Shown here: positions 1 through 13,350 of the stretch, piece by piece
Position numbering within the stretch: the stretch's first letter is position 1
Layout of the letters: every line of letters begins with the position of its first letter
Assembly: GCA_037379345.1 (NCBI GenBank)
Contig: CM074512.1
Location: forward strand, 62,021,597-62,085,596
Direction: 5' to 3'
DNA from: Perna viridis
Lineage: Eukaryota
DNA: 64,000 nucleotides
Notes under the pieces: model-generated
What the model saw: only the letters and a program-made list of their open reading frames with translations
Database searches by the model: none
What the model was told of the DNA's origin: nothing
Made by a program: the position numbers and the translations under genes

Positions 1-214
1 TATAGTATTGTTGCTAGGTTTCAAATGTCTCTCAATCACTGTGTTGGTCTATAGTATTGTTGCTAGGTTTCAAACGTCTCTCAATCACTGTATTTGTCTA
101 TACTATTGTTGCTAGGTTTCAAATGTCTCTCAATTACTTCCTTGGTCTGTAGTCTTGTTGCTAGGTTTCAAATGTCTCTCAATTACTTCCTTGGTCTTTA
201 GTCTTGTTGCTAGG
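1..214. repeat. 49-bp minisatellite, at least 4 copies, truncated by the window start
   Basis: Unit tatagtattgttgctaggtttcaaatgtctctcaatcactgtgttggtc. Confidence 0.9.
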
Positions 215-2495
215 TATTTCTGTACCTGATTCAAGTACTACCTTGCTGATAATTTTATGCAGAAACTAAATGAGAACATTTTTGTCCTTAAATATACCAA
301 ATACTCAGTTTAAATGATGTTAGATTCCCCTTTTTGGCATTTGTTTTTGCTACAGAAGTATAAGTGATTATAGGCATTCCATCTTTCATAAGAATAAAAT
401 TTAAAACATTCTGGAAGATTGTTGATTGTATGCAAGCACATGCATCATGGTACATGTACTAACTAAACAACTGGATGGAATATTGGAGTCACCTTGTTTG
501 TCATTAGGTCTGTTTGAATTTTGTCACAATTATCTCATGTATCAATGGATTTGTTGATTATAAATTTGGTATATGGCTTTATCAGAACTTTACCATTATG
601 TTTCTCTTTTGACCATGTTTACTTCCAATTTCATCAATTTCCTCTTGTTTTGATGGGTTTGTAAAATAATGTCTGCTTTATATAAATTTGGTAACACATT
701 GTAAGTGAATTTGGTTGCATTTTAACTTCCTACTTGATGGGACTTTCCCACTTTTTTCACTACATGAACTGATAGAGAATTGTTTATCATAAAAACTGGT
801 TGAATCAAAATCAAGTGTAGTATTTGGCTTTATATATAGATTGTAAGTGATTTTTGTTGCTTATCACAACAAGGTATACAACTCCATGTTAAACATTGCC
901 TAGTTTTGGGTTCTGAATGATATATATCTTGCTTGTCTGTCACTGTTGCCTTGTCTCATTGGATATGGCTGTTTCTGGTGATTGTTGTACTTGCTGGTTA
1001 ATATCTTATTTTTTGCTTTCATATAATATAAAAAGTGCTTAATTGTATCTAGATGAATCATGTCAAATCTGTGTACATCAGTCACCAATGGGACTTTCTA
1101 AATTCAAACATTATAGTGAGATAACCTCTAAAATGAGGATGTGGTTCTTTTTGCTTGTTTAATTAGTCATTAACAAGAAGAATTTCAAAGTGACTTTGAC
1201 CATGAATTTGACTTTCAGATGAAATAGTTAAATCAGTCACTCTTGGGACTTTAAAATATCAAACTAAATTGGGAGATAGCATAAAATGAGGGAGTCTTTC
1301 AAAAATCAGATTTTATTTGGAGATAATCTCTGTAATGAAGATGCAAGTCTATTTACTTGTTTAATAATCTGTGTGCAAGAAGAAATTCAAGGTGACCTTG
1401 AGTGTGGATTTGACTGTTTTCATCCATTACACAGCAGCTTGCCTATACACTGCACTGGATTCTCTTTACCATATATCTGATATTGTTGATATATTGATTT
1501 TGTGTCTGTAATGTACCAATCTCTGTAGTATTTGAAGTTATGAAATTGAATTCCTAAAGAAAATTACATTCATGTAAATAGGAAAGTCGTATAAAATGGA
1601 AAACAACATTTTAGTCTTACTGGTAGATCATTTAAAGTCCAACAAAGTAAAACTGTTGCTAATGTGGAAATTTTCTTTAAAGTCATTTGACATGGTTAAG
1701 GGCTGTTCAAGAATCATTTGTGGCAGGTTTGGATCAAGAAGTATTTTCCAGTAATGGGTTGTGGGCTTTTGTTTTGTAGAGAATAGAGAAAAACATCAAT
1801 TTTGATTTTTGGGTGGCAGAGTCTTGAAAAAAAATCTGATACACTCCCATATATTTAATACTGGAGCTGCAAATACCATTAAAATTTGTACCATACAAGT
1901 AATGACTTCTGTATTTTACATTGTTATAATCAACTCTTAACTTGTAGAATTTTATTGTTGTAGTTTTAAAGGATTTCAATTTTTTTGTGAATTGATTTGA
2001 TTGAAATTGTCTTTAATTTCAGTGCATCAGTATAGTTTGCATTACTATGCTATATACAGTGTTGTAATATTATCATATATTTCTGTTCAATTTAATATGA
2101 ATCCTTCTAGCCTTTTATGTTTTTTTTATGTTTTTTCATGTCATTTTCTCATTTACACTTGTTTGCCTCCTTTGCAATGTAATTGTATGTTGTATGGGTT
2201 AAAATAATCTTAATTGAAGTAACTTTGGATTCAAGCATTATTCCTGATACTGATTAGCAATCCACAGGACTTCTATTTCTCTGAAAGGGGGAGACATTAT
2301 GTTAATATCAAATCTGGAAACTTGATTCAGTATTCAATATCTTCAAGGTATTTTTTAGTTTAACCTTACCATTTCTAAGTTTGATAGTTTATGCTATCCA
2401 GATGAAAATTGTATCAACATATACATTGCAGAGAAGACATTTAATTGTGATACATAATGATCACTAATTCATCTCATGATATTTCTTTCCCATAG

Positions 2496-2522
2496 GAATG
2501 GGTGAAAATGAGGCTAACGGGA
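2496..2522 (+). CDS. Candidate 27-nt DLG micro-exon (HOOK region)
   Basis: Acceptor tttctttcccatag, donor gtaagt, phase 1-1, open frame (G)MGENEANG; joins in frame to the 4169 exon. Confidence 0.7.
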
Positions 2523-2865
2523 GTAAGTAAAGCACCCTGTCTCTCTATCTCTCTGCTGCCAACGGCCAGCATGATCAAACTCTCTCACTGTATTGCATGA
2601 ATGTCTGTCAAATTGCATCTAAAAATGTATAAAAAGATCAGCTGGTGATAGAATTGTATAGTTTAATTTACCAGTAAATATCTCCATTTAAGGTTGAAGA
2701 TTGAAATGTTATGTGTGGAATGTATCCTTGTTATGTCCCTTTATTCCAAAAAGTATATTGCTAATTGATATTAATTAGTATCATTTGTATAAACAAAATA
2801 AAATGTTAACTACTTGCATGGTTCCCATCCATTATACAAATTCTACTTTACGTTAAAAAACAGTT

Positions 2866-2973
2866 TGGAATGACACATGAACTTCAAACTAAATTCCAAT
2901 GACACATGTGTGATGGAATGACACATGTACTTCAGACTAAATTCCAATGACACTTGTGTGATGGAATGACACT
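2866..2973. repeat. 48-bp tandem duplication, about 2.3 copies
   Basis: Unit tggaatgacacatgaacttcaaactaaattccaatgacacatgtgtga. Confidence 0.85.
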
Positions 2974-3465
2974 TTTATGATGAATGTTGGATTATTTTAC
3001 AGTTTTGAACAATTCTATCTCAGCTATGAATATTATATTTATGACAAAAACATTCTACAAAAGGACTTACACAAAAACATGTACAATATTGCATGAGAGA
3101 TCGAGAGCTTTTAAATAATTGGCATTTTAGTATAATAATGATAGCTCTAGTGCACTGTGGTTGATGGGTAGTTAAATCTGTGGTTCAAGGGAGTTAACTC
3201 AGATATATACACGAAGAAACGTGGTCATACAGTGTTGTATTCTGTTGCTGTTTTTTTTTTATAAAATTTTGAAAGGTGAAATCAGTAATACATGTATCAA
3301 AGTTTCAGTCAAATCAGATAAGGCTATTTTCAAGAAAATAAAAAAAAAATTAAAGACTGATGACTTTGGTTTGTAGTAAAGTGTAAGTAAAAGTTATTTT
3401 TGGTCATCAGTTACTAAGGTGTTGAACTTGTGTCAAAATTTGTTCATGATATTTTTGTTTCACAG

Positions 3466-3507
3466 ACACAAATGGAATGACAACAAAACCAACTGATAGT
3501 TTAGAGC
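3466..3507 (+). CDS. Candidate 42-nt DLG micro-exon (HOOK region)
   Basis: Acceptor tttttgtttcacag, weak donor gtaaca, phase 1-1, open frame TNGMTTKPTDSLE(R), continuing in frame into EEPILSYE. Confidence 0.5.
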
Positions 3508-4168
3508 GTAACAAACTTGTATCAAGTGGGTGATAATCCTTGGCTTTGCTAGATTAGAACTTCTCTGTGGACATATTATGATAAAAGCACAGGCTTTTTT
3601 GGTGGTGTTCTGATAGTGCTAGAGTGGGCCATCACATCACAAACTGTTTAAAATGAAATCACATTTTCCTTCAAACTGCTTAATCTTTGTTCAAGAGCAA
3701 GTTCTGTAAACTGCTTATTAAGTCTCACTATTTGGTGTACTGTGAAAGTATATATACTGTTTGATATAAAAAAAAAATGATTTTTTAGCAACACCAGTTT
3801 GTCTCTTAGAGTTCAAAATTGAATTATATATTAGATTTTTCACACATGCTTTTATATTAGATTTTGAGGGAAAAAAAAGGTGTGAATTAATGTGAATTGA
3901 TAATGATACTTTCACAGAAATGTTTCTTCACCTCTCTTGATAAATCAGGCAGCATTTATGTCAAATGGGTGCTTAACTTACTGCTTAGAAATACAATTTG
4001 AAATATATATTGATAACAGGCAGGAGCTTTAAATGCTTTGAATTATATTTATGCAGTAAATAAAAGACTGTTTTCTGATAAAGTTTTACTAGAAATAATC
4101 ATAAATTATAGTGCCATTTTTCTGTTGTCATTCATCTTTATAATCAATGCTAATGTTTATATTTACAG

Positions 4169-7100
4169 GAGAAGAGCCTATCTTATCATACGAAGCTGTT
4201 GTACAGCAGGAGTGTAAGTGGCTTGATTCTTATTAAATGCCTCATTTGTTTCAGGTTGGCATGCTTGCATTAAGTGTGAGAGGTCTTAGGGTTTGACCTT
4301 TAGTCAAGTCCCACTAAAAAATTAATGGGATTGAATGACAACTTTATCTTAGAGGCAAAAATACTGTGTCCATGTGGGGTGACATGCCTACCTCTTGTTT
4401 TTGTGAGCTAGCACTATTAAGATTTAGACTTGTACAAAGCAGGTTCTGTGTGTTCAGTTGGTTGAATGTTCATGTCCTGAAATGCATAAAATACCTCGCA
4501 TAGATAGTTAAACCACAATCAATCTTTTTTAACAACATTGACATTAAAAACTGGACATAAATGCTGAATAAATGCCTTTTGGTTTATGATTGATGTCCAC
4601 CACTGTGGTACATGCACATGTATCAGATGAGCCTGCCTGTAAGTACAATTTATTTCATGTATTTATGTACAAGTCTTTGTAAGAATCCGGTATAATGGGA
4701 AAAATCTGGAGCATACATGTAAAAAATTAATCAGTCTTCATTGAACTTTTGTTTAAGGAAGCTTTCTCTATTTGTAATGACCTTTTAACTGCATCACTAC
4801 TTATAGTTGCAAAGTTTTCATTAGAATGTCAGAAAAAAAGAGGTTTTTGATAGAGTTATCTGTTCTTGCAATGTTTATTTTTAATGCATTACATTACAAT
4901 GAAATTATGATTCATTCTACTAATATAATATGAAAATCTTGTCTTTATTTCTTGATGTTGTCAAAGTTCACTTTCAAAGTGCTTTATTATTGTATACCAT
5001 GTTTCAACTATTGCCTGATTCTTACAGAAACTGACAGGTTGTTATTGTTGTGCCCTTGTCCTATCTATCCTACTGTTATCAAGTACCATGTCTTCTTATG
5101 ATTAGAAATATGTTTTCTTTTCAGTGAAGTACACACGACCTGTGATAATCCTTGGTCCTCTTAAGGACAGAATCAATGATGATTTGATATCAGAATTCCC
5201 AGACAAATTTGGCAGCTGTGTTCCTCGTAAGTATCAAGTGTTTATTTTAACTTGTCTAAAATAGGGGATGTACCACATAAGTATCTAGATTTTGATATAC
5301 CTTGTGTTAAATTGGATGCATTTCTCATAAGTTTCAAGAGTTTAATATGCTTGACCTAAAATTAATCTGTTGGAATGTCTTTGGCAATATAAGTTGGCTC
5401 TGACATTTTTATGGAAAAAAAATTAGTTTATCATGTTGTAAAAGTTTATTATTTTATTTTCAGACACAACACGACAGAGAAGAGACTATGAAGAGGATGC
5501 TCGTGATTATCACTTTGTAGAGTCACGAGAACAAATGGAGCGTGACATACAAAACCATCTATTTATAGAAGCAGGACAGTACAATGATAATTTGTATGGT
5601 ACCAGTGTGGCTTCTGTAAAAGAAGTGGCAGAAAAGGTTAACTAGAATTTGCAATCTATAAAATTTTCATTAATGACTAGGGATTTCATTTCAGTCAGGA
5701 AATAAAATTCAATTACTCATTGCATTTTTTTAGCAATTTTTGTCAAAACTTGTTGACATCTATATTAATTATGAAGATTATAATCAAGAAGTAAACTGTT
5801 ATTTCTAATCAGAAAACATATTACAATTTAGAATCCTATGATTTCAAAGTTGGCTATATTTCCTAGAAAACTGTCCTTATTATATAGACAGCAGTGATTT
5901 ACCAAATGTTTCAGTGTAAATATTTTTTGTTGATTCACACTGTGAAATAAATTCAGTAAGTTCACAAAATTAAAAATTTATGTTGAAAAAAAGGACTGAA
6001 TAATGGAGGATATCTATGTAATAAATAGAATAATTAATTGGTTATCATGAATAACCAAAATATGATCACTCATGCCAAGAACGCATTAAGATTTAACTTG
6101 TGTGTGGAACGGGTTCTGTTCACTCGTTAAATCTAGGTATTCTTTGGCACTCATGATAATATTTTGAGTATTCACTCTTTCCAATTAATTATCCTATTAA
6201 TCACAATGTAAATGTATGTTTATTGCAGCAATACCTATGTGAAGTTTAACTTTACTTAATTTGTCTGTATGAATTCGATATTCAAAATGTAAAGCATTTT
6301 ACAAGAATCAGTCTTAATTAGAAGGGATCCTGTTAGTTTCAAAGAGAAATTTTGTTTCAGGGAAAACATTGTATCTTAGATGTAAGTGGTAATGCCATTA
6401 AGAGATTACAGGTAGCTGGACTGTACCCAGTAGCAATTCTTATCAAACCAAAATCTGTAGATTCTATTATGTAAGTAATACTAAATTGATGATCTTAGAT
6501 TAGATAAAGCAAGGTTATTTGTGTTTATTGGGATGTGTAGACTGATTGTGCAGTCCTTCCCTCCCTCCTTCCATCTGTTGCTGTGTGGCAGAATATTTAA
6601 AATTTATTCATAAGGATTGTGGATAGAACTACAGCTTTACTATTTCTTTTTTATAGAACAACAAAAAATCTGTGGTTGTATATTAGTATGGCACTGTCAT
6701 TGTCACCCATAGGCACTTGGTTTTCATGCAATAACTTGATCATTAGTCAGTTGATTGTTATTAAATTTTATAACAAGGTAACAAACCACAAAATGAAGGT
6801 TGATGTTAACTTATTGGGATTCTAGCCTCAACCATTTTAGAATTATGGGCCAAAAAGGGGCCTTAAATAAGCATTTCATATAATTCAACCATAAAACTCC
6901 AGTAAAAACAGGAATGTCAATGATATTGTTTCACATTATTCTATACAACAATGGTCAGATTGATTTTGGGGGTAAAGACTTGAACTTTTCAGAAATTAGG
7001 ATTAATTATATCTCTTACAGCCATCACTTGGCATCCATCGTTGTCTTCCATTAAAAAATTTTTAAAAACCTTCTCCTCTGATACTACTGAGCAGAATTTT

Positions 7101-8779
7101 ATGAAACTTTGCATAAATGTTCCTTAGGGTATCTTGCACAAATTTTTGTTTAGAATTTTGATCTGTCAGAAAACATGGCCACAGTTACTAAAAATAGAAG
7201 GTAGGGGTCTGCTGCTGCAGTTTTTCACACATATCTCCAAAACCGTTAGGTTTAGCCAAATTCTGATTAGGTAGAAGTGTTCAGCATGATGAGATTTATC
7301 TGGGTTCAAATTTTCATTTTAATCTGTTTTGCCATTTAGGAGTTATAGCCCTTTTTCGACGTTTTTTTTTTTGGCTATTTTTACTGACTTCTTTCAAAAA
7401 TCTTCTCCTCTGACCCTACTTGACCAATTGAGATCAGACTTAAAATGAATGTTTCTTGGGGTTTCTTTCACAAAATTTTGTTTAGAGTTTTGATCCGTCA
7501 AAAAACATGGCCATCGTTACTAAAGATAGAACAGGTGTCAGACTGTAGTTTTTCACATATATCTCCAAAACAATTTTTAGCCAAATTCTGACCAGGTAGA
7601 AGTGTTAAGCATGATGAGATCTGTGCTCAAACTTTCATTTTAATCTGTTATTGCCCTTTTTCAACATTATTTTTGCTATTTTTAATGTTATTTCTTTCAA
7701 AAATCTTCTCTGACACTATTTAACCAACTGGAACCAAACTTTGTATGAATGTCCTTGGGCTATCTTGCACAAAAGTTTTGTTTAGATTTTTGATCCATCA
7801 AAAAACATGGTCACTGTTACTAGAATAGAACCTATGGGTCAGACTGTAGTTTTTTATTATATATCTCCAAAACTGTTAGGTTTAGCCATATTATGACTTA
7901 GGGGTAAAAGTGTTCAGTATGATGAGATCTATCTGTGATCAGATTTTCATTTTTATCTGTTCAGCCAGGTATTGATCCTTATGGTAAGTCCTACCAAAGT
8001 CTGCTTGGGTTAAAATTATTAGTAAACTTTTTGTTAAATTTATTGCCATTGAATGACAAAATTTAACCAGGTGAGAGATTCAGGCTCCTGGGAGCCTCTT
8101 GTTTTTTGTTACTTTATGTTTTTGATGGTACCTACTTATTGTAATCTGTCACTTTAAAAGTATCGAATCAATGTTTTATTCAAACTTATCTTTGATGTGT
8201 AATGAATATTGTGATATTTCAGGGATATGAATAAGAGAATAACAGAAGAGCAGGCCAGAATGACCTTTGAAAGAACTATGAAATTAGAACATGAATTTGG
8301 AGAATATTTTACTGGTTGGTTTTATTCTCATGTTTAAAATATACTACAAAAACAGACTTAATTTTTTTCTGTTTTATCAAATCTGGATTCTTCTTTTTAC
8401 TGTATATTTTCTTCCAATTTTTCCCATTTCCGCGTTGTTAGTTGACTTTGTATGATGTCTGAAGGAAGGCATTGCTACTAAGTAAATTACAAATATCCCA
8501 AAAATCTTACATAAACATTGATCTCCATTAAAACTTGCTTGGTTTGGTTGTTATTAATATCTTTTGGAAAAGGAAAAAATATATTTAAATAAAACAGTCA
8601 TTTATGAAATGTTTGGAATATCAGTGTGAAAAAGATGATAGATAAAAATAAGTCATTTTTATTATTTTTTAGCTGTTGTACAGGGAGATACAGCCACAGA
8701 AATATACGCAAAGGTGAAAGAGGTTATCAGAGACCAGTCAGGACCAACAATCTGGGTTCCAGCAAAGGACAAGTTGTGA
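4169..8779 (+). CDS. DLG1: Discs large (DLG1-family MAGUK), 3' partial: end of HOOK region plus guanylate-kinase domain
   Basis: Phase-consistent GT-AG exons 4169-4213, 5125-5226, 5464-5636, 6361-6470, 8223-8314, 8673-8779 (TGA). Translation: [97 protein letters not shown]...[17 protein letters not shown]...IWVPAKDKL*, the canonical Dlg/DLG1 C-terminus. PDZ and SH3 exons lie upstream of the window. Confidence 0.97.
4255..4525 (+). mobile_element. Degenerate SINE copy, same family as 44335-44815
   Basis: Shares blocks gtgtc...acatgcctacct...gtgagctagcacta...tacaaagcagg...atgttc-tgtcctg with the 44 kb copy; caat-type tail. Confidence 0.55.
6022..6200. mobile_element. Foldback (palindromic) MITE
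   Basis: Imperfect inverted arms: aatagaataattaattgg...agatttaac pairs with gttaaatct...ccaattaattatcctatt. Confidence 0.7.
7020..8103 (+). mobile_element. Helentron-associated non-autonomous element (HINE-like) with three internal units of about 300-330 bp
   Basis: Units start at about 7064, 7396 and 7699. The 3' end caggtgagagattcAGGCTCCtgGGAGCCTcttgttt has a subterminal motif, a GC hairpin (8082-8097) and a T-run, typical of bivalve HINEs. Confidence 0.75.
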
Positions 8780-11700
8780 AAACAGAGAGACTTTTTATTG
8801 CTATCATTCTGAGGATGATTGCGTTCGTATGGTTGTAATCTGATATGTGATGGTCTGCCACGGCCACTGGCCGAAGTGTTGGCTTATTTTCTGTTGACTC
8901 ACCAATGGTCTTATTTCCTGATTTGTTCAAAGAACAAGTAGAGTTATTTTAGTTGTCTTTGACACTACAAGAAGGCATAGATTGGGGCTTAGCTTCCTAG
9001 ATCCTAATTTAATCACTAAATATGTCATCAGCTATTTAAAAACTCCCAAATAGATCATGGTCAAGATTTGGAAACTAGAATATAACTATTTATTATTCAT
9101 CTGTTTTCTAAAATAAACCAGATTTTTAGTCTTGAATGATTATGGAAAAGCTGTATGGATTTATGGTTTTTTTTTTTTTTGGTTATTTTAAGGGTGTTCA
9201 TGATGAATCAAGTATTTAATGATTCCTGAGATTAGATTTAAATGTATCAAACCAGCCAAGCATTTCTCTGAAGTGAGTCTTGTAGGAAGTTCTATTTACC
9301 ATTAAAACTAAAACCTTTCACACTTCTTGCATTATTAGTAAAGAAAAAGATATTAATATTTTTACTGAACAAAATAACTGTTGGCAGCGTATGTCACGAA
9401 GTAGACAATCACTTTCTGGTCCTGTATTTATGGTATGTTTTAAACAAAATAATCTATTTGTCCGGTCTGAAGGATCTCTTCTTCAATACCTTAATTATCA
9501 TCGATTTTTTCACCCGAAAAAATTAAATAAAGATAATATCTTTTATTGATAGGAAAAATTTTTAATAACCTTTTTCTACATATATATGTAAATCATAATA
9601 TCCATTTTTTTTCAGTTACTGTGATAGAAAGAATTACTGTTTCATTATGAATACCCTTAATAAACTTTGTTTTGTAATTCTTGTAATATTCCATAACTTA
9701 TTTGTAGTTTTAGCCAACAATGACACAATTAGTGGGAGTTGTAAATTGTGATTCCATTTGTACAGAAGTAATGTAATTGTTTTAGCTGTATATTTTATCG
9801 TTTTATTAATTTTATGGTGTAATTTTTATAGAAATGATTTACCTCTATGTTGCCATGGTGATTAAACAATTCTGTTTGAGAAAGATGATTTTGTGTATTA
9901 TTGGGTGGTCTGTATTCTGTAAACATGGATATGTTTTCAATAATACTTTTCCCTCTTAGTCTTTTTAATGTGCATGTAGGTGGCATTTCTAATGCAATTA
10001 TTGGTTTTTTTATTTATTTAACAGAATATTCATTTCTTTTCATCTTATAAAAGAGAAAATGATAATGTTAATTCATTTTATGAACAAAATTATGCTATAA
10101 CATTGTGGATTTGTGAGTTCAGTAAGTTTCTAGATTGTGTAATTATCTTATCAGTATAATGTACAAGTAGTTGTTACTGATGCACATCATATTTGTGTCA
10201 CCTTGGCTGATTGTTTGAATGATTTATGCACTGGATAAGTATAGTGCAATCTGTCAATCTGTTGAAGTGATCCACTGGATATCAATATATATTTATCCAG
10301 GGGATAAAGTTTTGAACTAATTGGCCCTAGAGAATAAAAATGGTATCATTCTGTATCTTTGTATAGTAAAAGCTTTATAGGGAATATAGTGCAATGGATA
10401 TCTTTATATTCTACCAATAGGAAACTGAAATCAAACAGCTGTAAATAGACAGATACAATTGTTACTCAGAACATTTGTTATGAATTTATATAGGCTTGAT
10501 GTGTAAGTACTGATTAGGATATACATTCAAAATATTAAGCATTTATAATAGTATGCTGAAATATTGAAAAGGGACTTGCTTTGCAGACCTGTTTTTTTCT
10601 AACTAAATTTTTTTTTATATTAGTTCTTTTTTTAATTAATATTAATATTTGTGAAGAGAAACAAATACATTCTGAAGTTTATCTTTTGTAAGACTGTTTA
10701 CAATAGATTTATTTACAGATAACTATGGAAAGCAAATAGCCCAAACACTAACAACATGCTCCTGTTGTCGTAGCTTAGATACTTTCAGAGATTTTGGTGC
10801 CATGGTTTATTTTATTTTTCGTTACCTCAGAATGATATCTGTACAATAAACTTCTAGCCATCTCAGTGTATATTACATTTGACTTCCATAAAAAATCTTG
10901 CCCATATCTGTAAATTCATATTTAAACTAGTCCATATCATTTTCGATGATGTAAAATATGACAAATTTCCTGTGAACTTCTTTCCTGATCCTAATATATT
11001 AATGTTTTCAGTAATGAGTGACTTTTGTGTTTGTGGTTACTTTGAGAGAGAATAATAAATGGATTTTAGAATAGTTGAATATTTTCCAGCATTGTATATG
11101 TATTATAAAAAATATGAAAAAGATCGCTTTTATGTAAGTTTTTAAGTAGGAACCTCTTTTATAATTCATTTCATCCATTGCAGAAATTCCTTCAGGGAGC
11201 AGTGACAATAAAATTATTAAAGAAAGTTTCATGGTAATCTTCTCAAACCATACCAGTCTTAAGTGTATTTTACATGATTTTGGTTCATGAAGTCATTGCG
11301 ATCTGAAAGTTGGTGTTTGTTAACACTCTAACTTAAACATACAATGTTTTTTTTATGTAATATCACAAATGCTTTATATGATTTTCAAGTGGCTAAATAG
11401 ACTTGCCTGAACTCCTTTTGAACATTTTTTTTTCTTGTCACCAGATGAAATGTACACTTTGATACTTGGATGGATTTTACTTATATAAACATCATCAATG
11501 TATTAAACTTCAGAAATAAGATAACAAGGTAACTATATGTCCATTTCTAATGAGTAAATCATGTATTTAATGTAACACTATTATGTCAAATGTTTAATCA
11601 TGTTTGGATATTTTCATCATACATGTATTCCTGTCATACAAAAATATAGAAAACTCATTTACCATTTTCTTATTAAAATTCATAACTCAATATTTGGTCA

Positions 11701-12165
11701 TAGCCCTATTTTTTATTTAGAAAAACAAGTTCAGATATGTCTTTCTTTTGTGCTGAAAAATTATAAAGAAAAAAAATTATAAAACTACTTTTGAACAAAC
11801 AATTCAGTTTTATCTAGTAATTGAATGACTAGTATTAATGTAGATGCAGTAAAATGATTTGTACATGAATAAATTTGTACTTTATCAGTAAGTTGTCTCC
11901 CCTGAGATACCGGGAGATTGGTGATAGATTATATATCAAACATTGTATCACACTAATCATTCTTTCTTTTTTTTTTAAAGAACAATATAAAAATATAAAA
12001 CCATTATTTTTTGTGTCTTTCCTTGCAAAATGCCAACAGCAAGTGATGATTAAGGATTCCAGTTAGGACACATGATTCTGTATAAACACTTAGTTTATCC
12101 TTGACATCTTAATGATAGTGACCATCTCTGTTGCCATCTTACCAATAAAATCATGTAGAACTAGT

Positions 12166-13350
12166 ACAAGAGGCTCTTGAGGACCTGAATCGCTCACTTG
12201 GACAATTTGAAATCATGTGGACATATAATTTGATCATTTAAACAAAGGGTTTGGAGTGTTATCTTTACTTGTATACCTGCAATCCCCTAGCCATCTGAGC
12301 CGTACAAAAAGAAGACTATTTGTAAAGGACCTTGAGGTCATTAAACCAAGGGTCCTGAAACAGTAAAAAAAGCCAGTCATTGACCAACAAATTTTGCAAA
12401 TAACTGACGACCATTTTCCAATATTGGACATAGATTAGTCTACATGGATTGATTATTGTATAAACATCCTGTCTACCTGTCTGTAATTGTTTACTGGAAA
12501 TTAATTGACAGGTGTGCATCAATATTAGCTGATATTAGCTGATGTGCAGCCACGTGACTGTGATTTACCTGTGACTGATCAGTTGATTGCATTATTTAAT
12601 TAATGGTACACGTGCAGCAGGTATACGAATTAATTGAAGTGACTCAGAGAATTTTCGTACGTGTATTACTTGATTTAATTAAGAAACAGATTGCCAAATC
12701 CATCATTTTCCCATCGATCTTTCAGTGGTAATGAAAGCACATGGTCACATGGCACTGAAACTACGAATTGGTTGTAGTTTGTCATTGTCAATTTATCGAT
12801 TGAATCTTTTTAACACAGAAATCAACAACCCATTTAAATCAATACACAAAATGTATTCACGATTTTCTTTTACAAATAATCAACATCACTCAAAAGTTTT
12901 CGGCTGTTTGCCAATGTGATGAAAAGTCCGAGAGATACACTGTTTTGTTAACATGTTTTGTAAAAGACAGAGTGTGATGAAATAACACAAATTCCTATAT
13001 GTTTCAATAACAAATAGGTGTTGTTTTTTTTTAAGTTAATTCCTGATCTGAGCATGTAAATTACTGACACAAACATCAGCTGAAGTATGATAAAATGACT
13101 GACATGAGCTGTCAAAATTTCTGGACTTGCATTAAACCCATCATGTTTCAAAACATTGCCACCTGTGGTTTCAGAGAAGTTGATCTTTGAAATTTGACCT
13201 ATCAGAAGCTTATATAGCCTCTGGTTGCCATCTTGTATAATTAAACACAACCAAAATTTTATCATATGTTTATTTGTCCCTTTTATTATTTCTGCCAAGT
13301 TTGGTCATCATTGGCTAAGTAAAAGCAAAGATATAGGACAAAATGTGTTT
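12166..13350 (-). mobile_element. HINE-like remnant interrupted by a hAT MITE
   Basis: The reverse complement of 12166-12200 is caagtgagcgattcaggtcctcaagagcctcttgt, the same terminus as 8068-8103. Core-like sequence resumes after 13137; the far boundary is approximate. Confidence 0.55.
12347..13129 (+). mobile_element. hAT-type MITE, copy 1
   Basis: Ends CAAGGGTCCTGAAA...TTTCTGGACTTG; perfect 8-bp TSD cattaaac (12339-12346 and 13130-13137); collinear with 22940-23791. Confidence 0.9.

Noticed and set aside
1425-1510. Possible additional DLG exon after catccattacacag
   Set aside because: No convincing donor before an in-frame stop and no similarity to DLG.
9849-9862. X-box-like GTTGCCATGGTGAT
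   Set aside because: It lies in the probable DLG 3' UTR far from any promoter; a single motif match is not enough.
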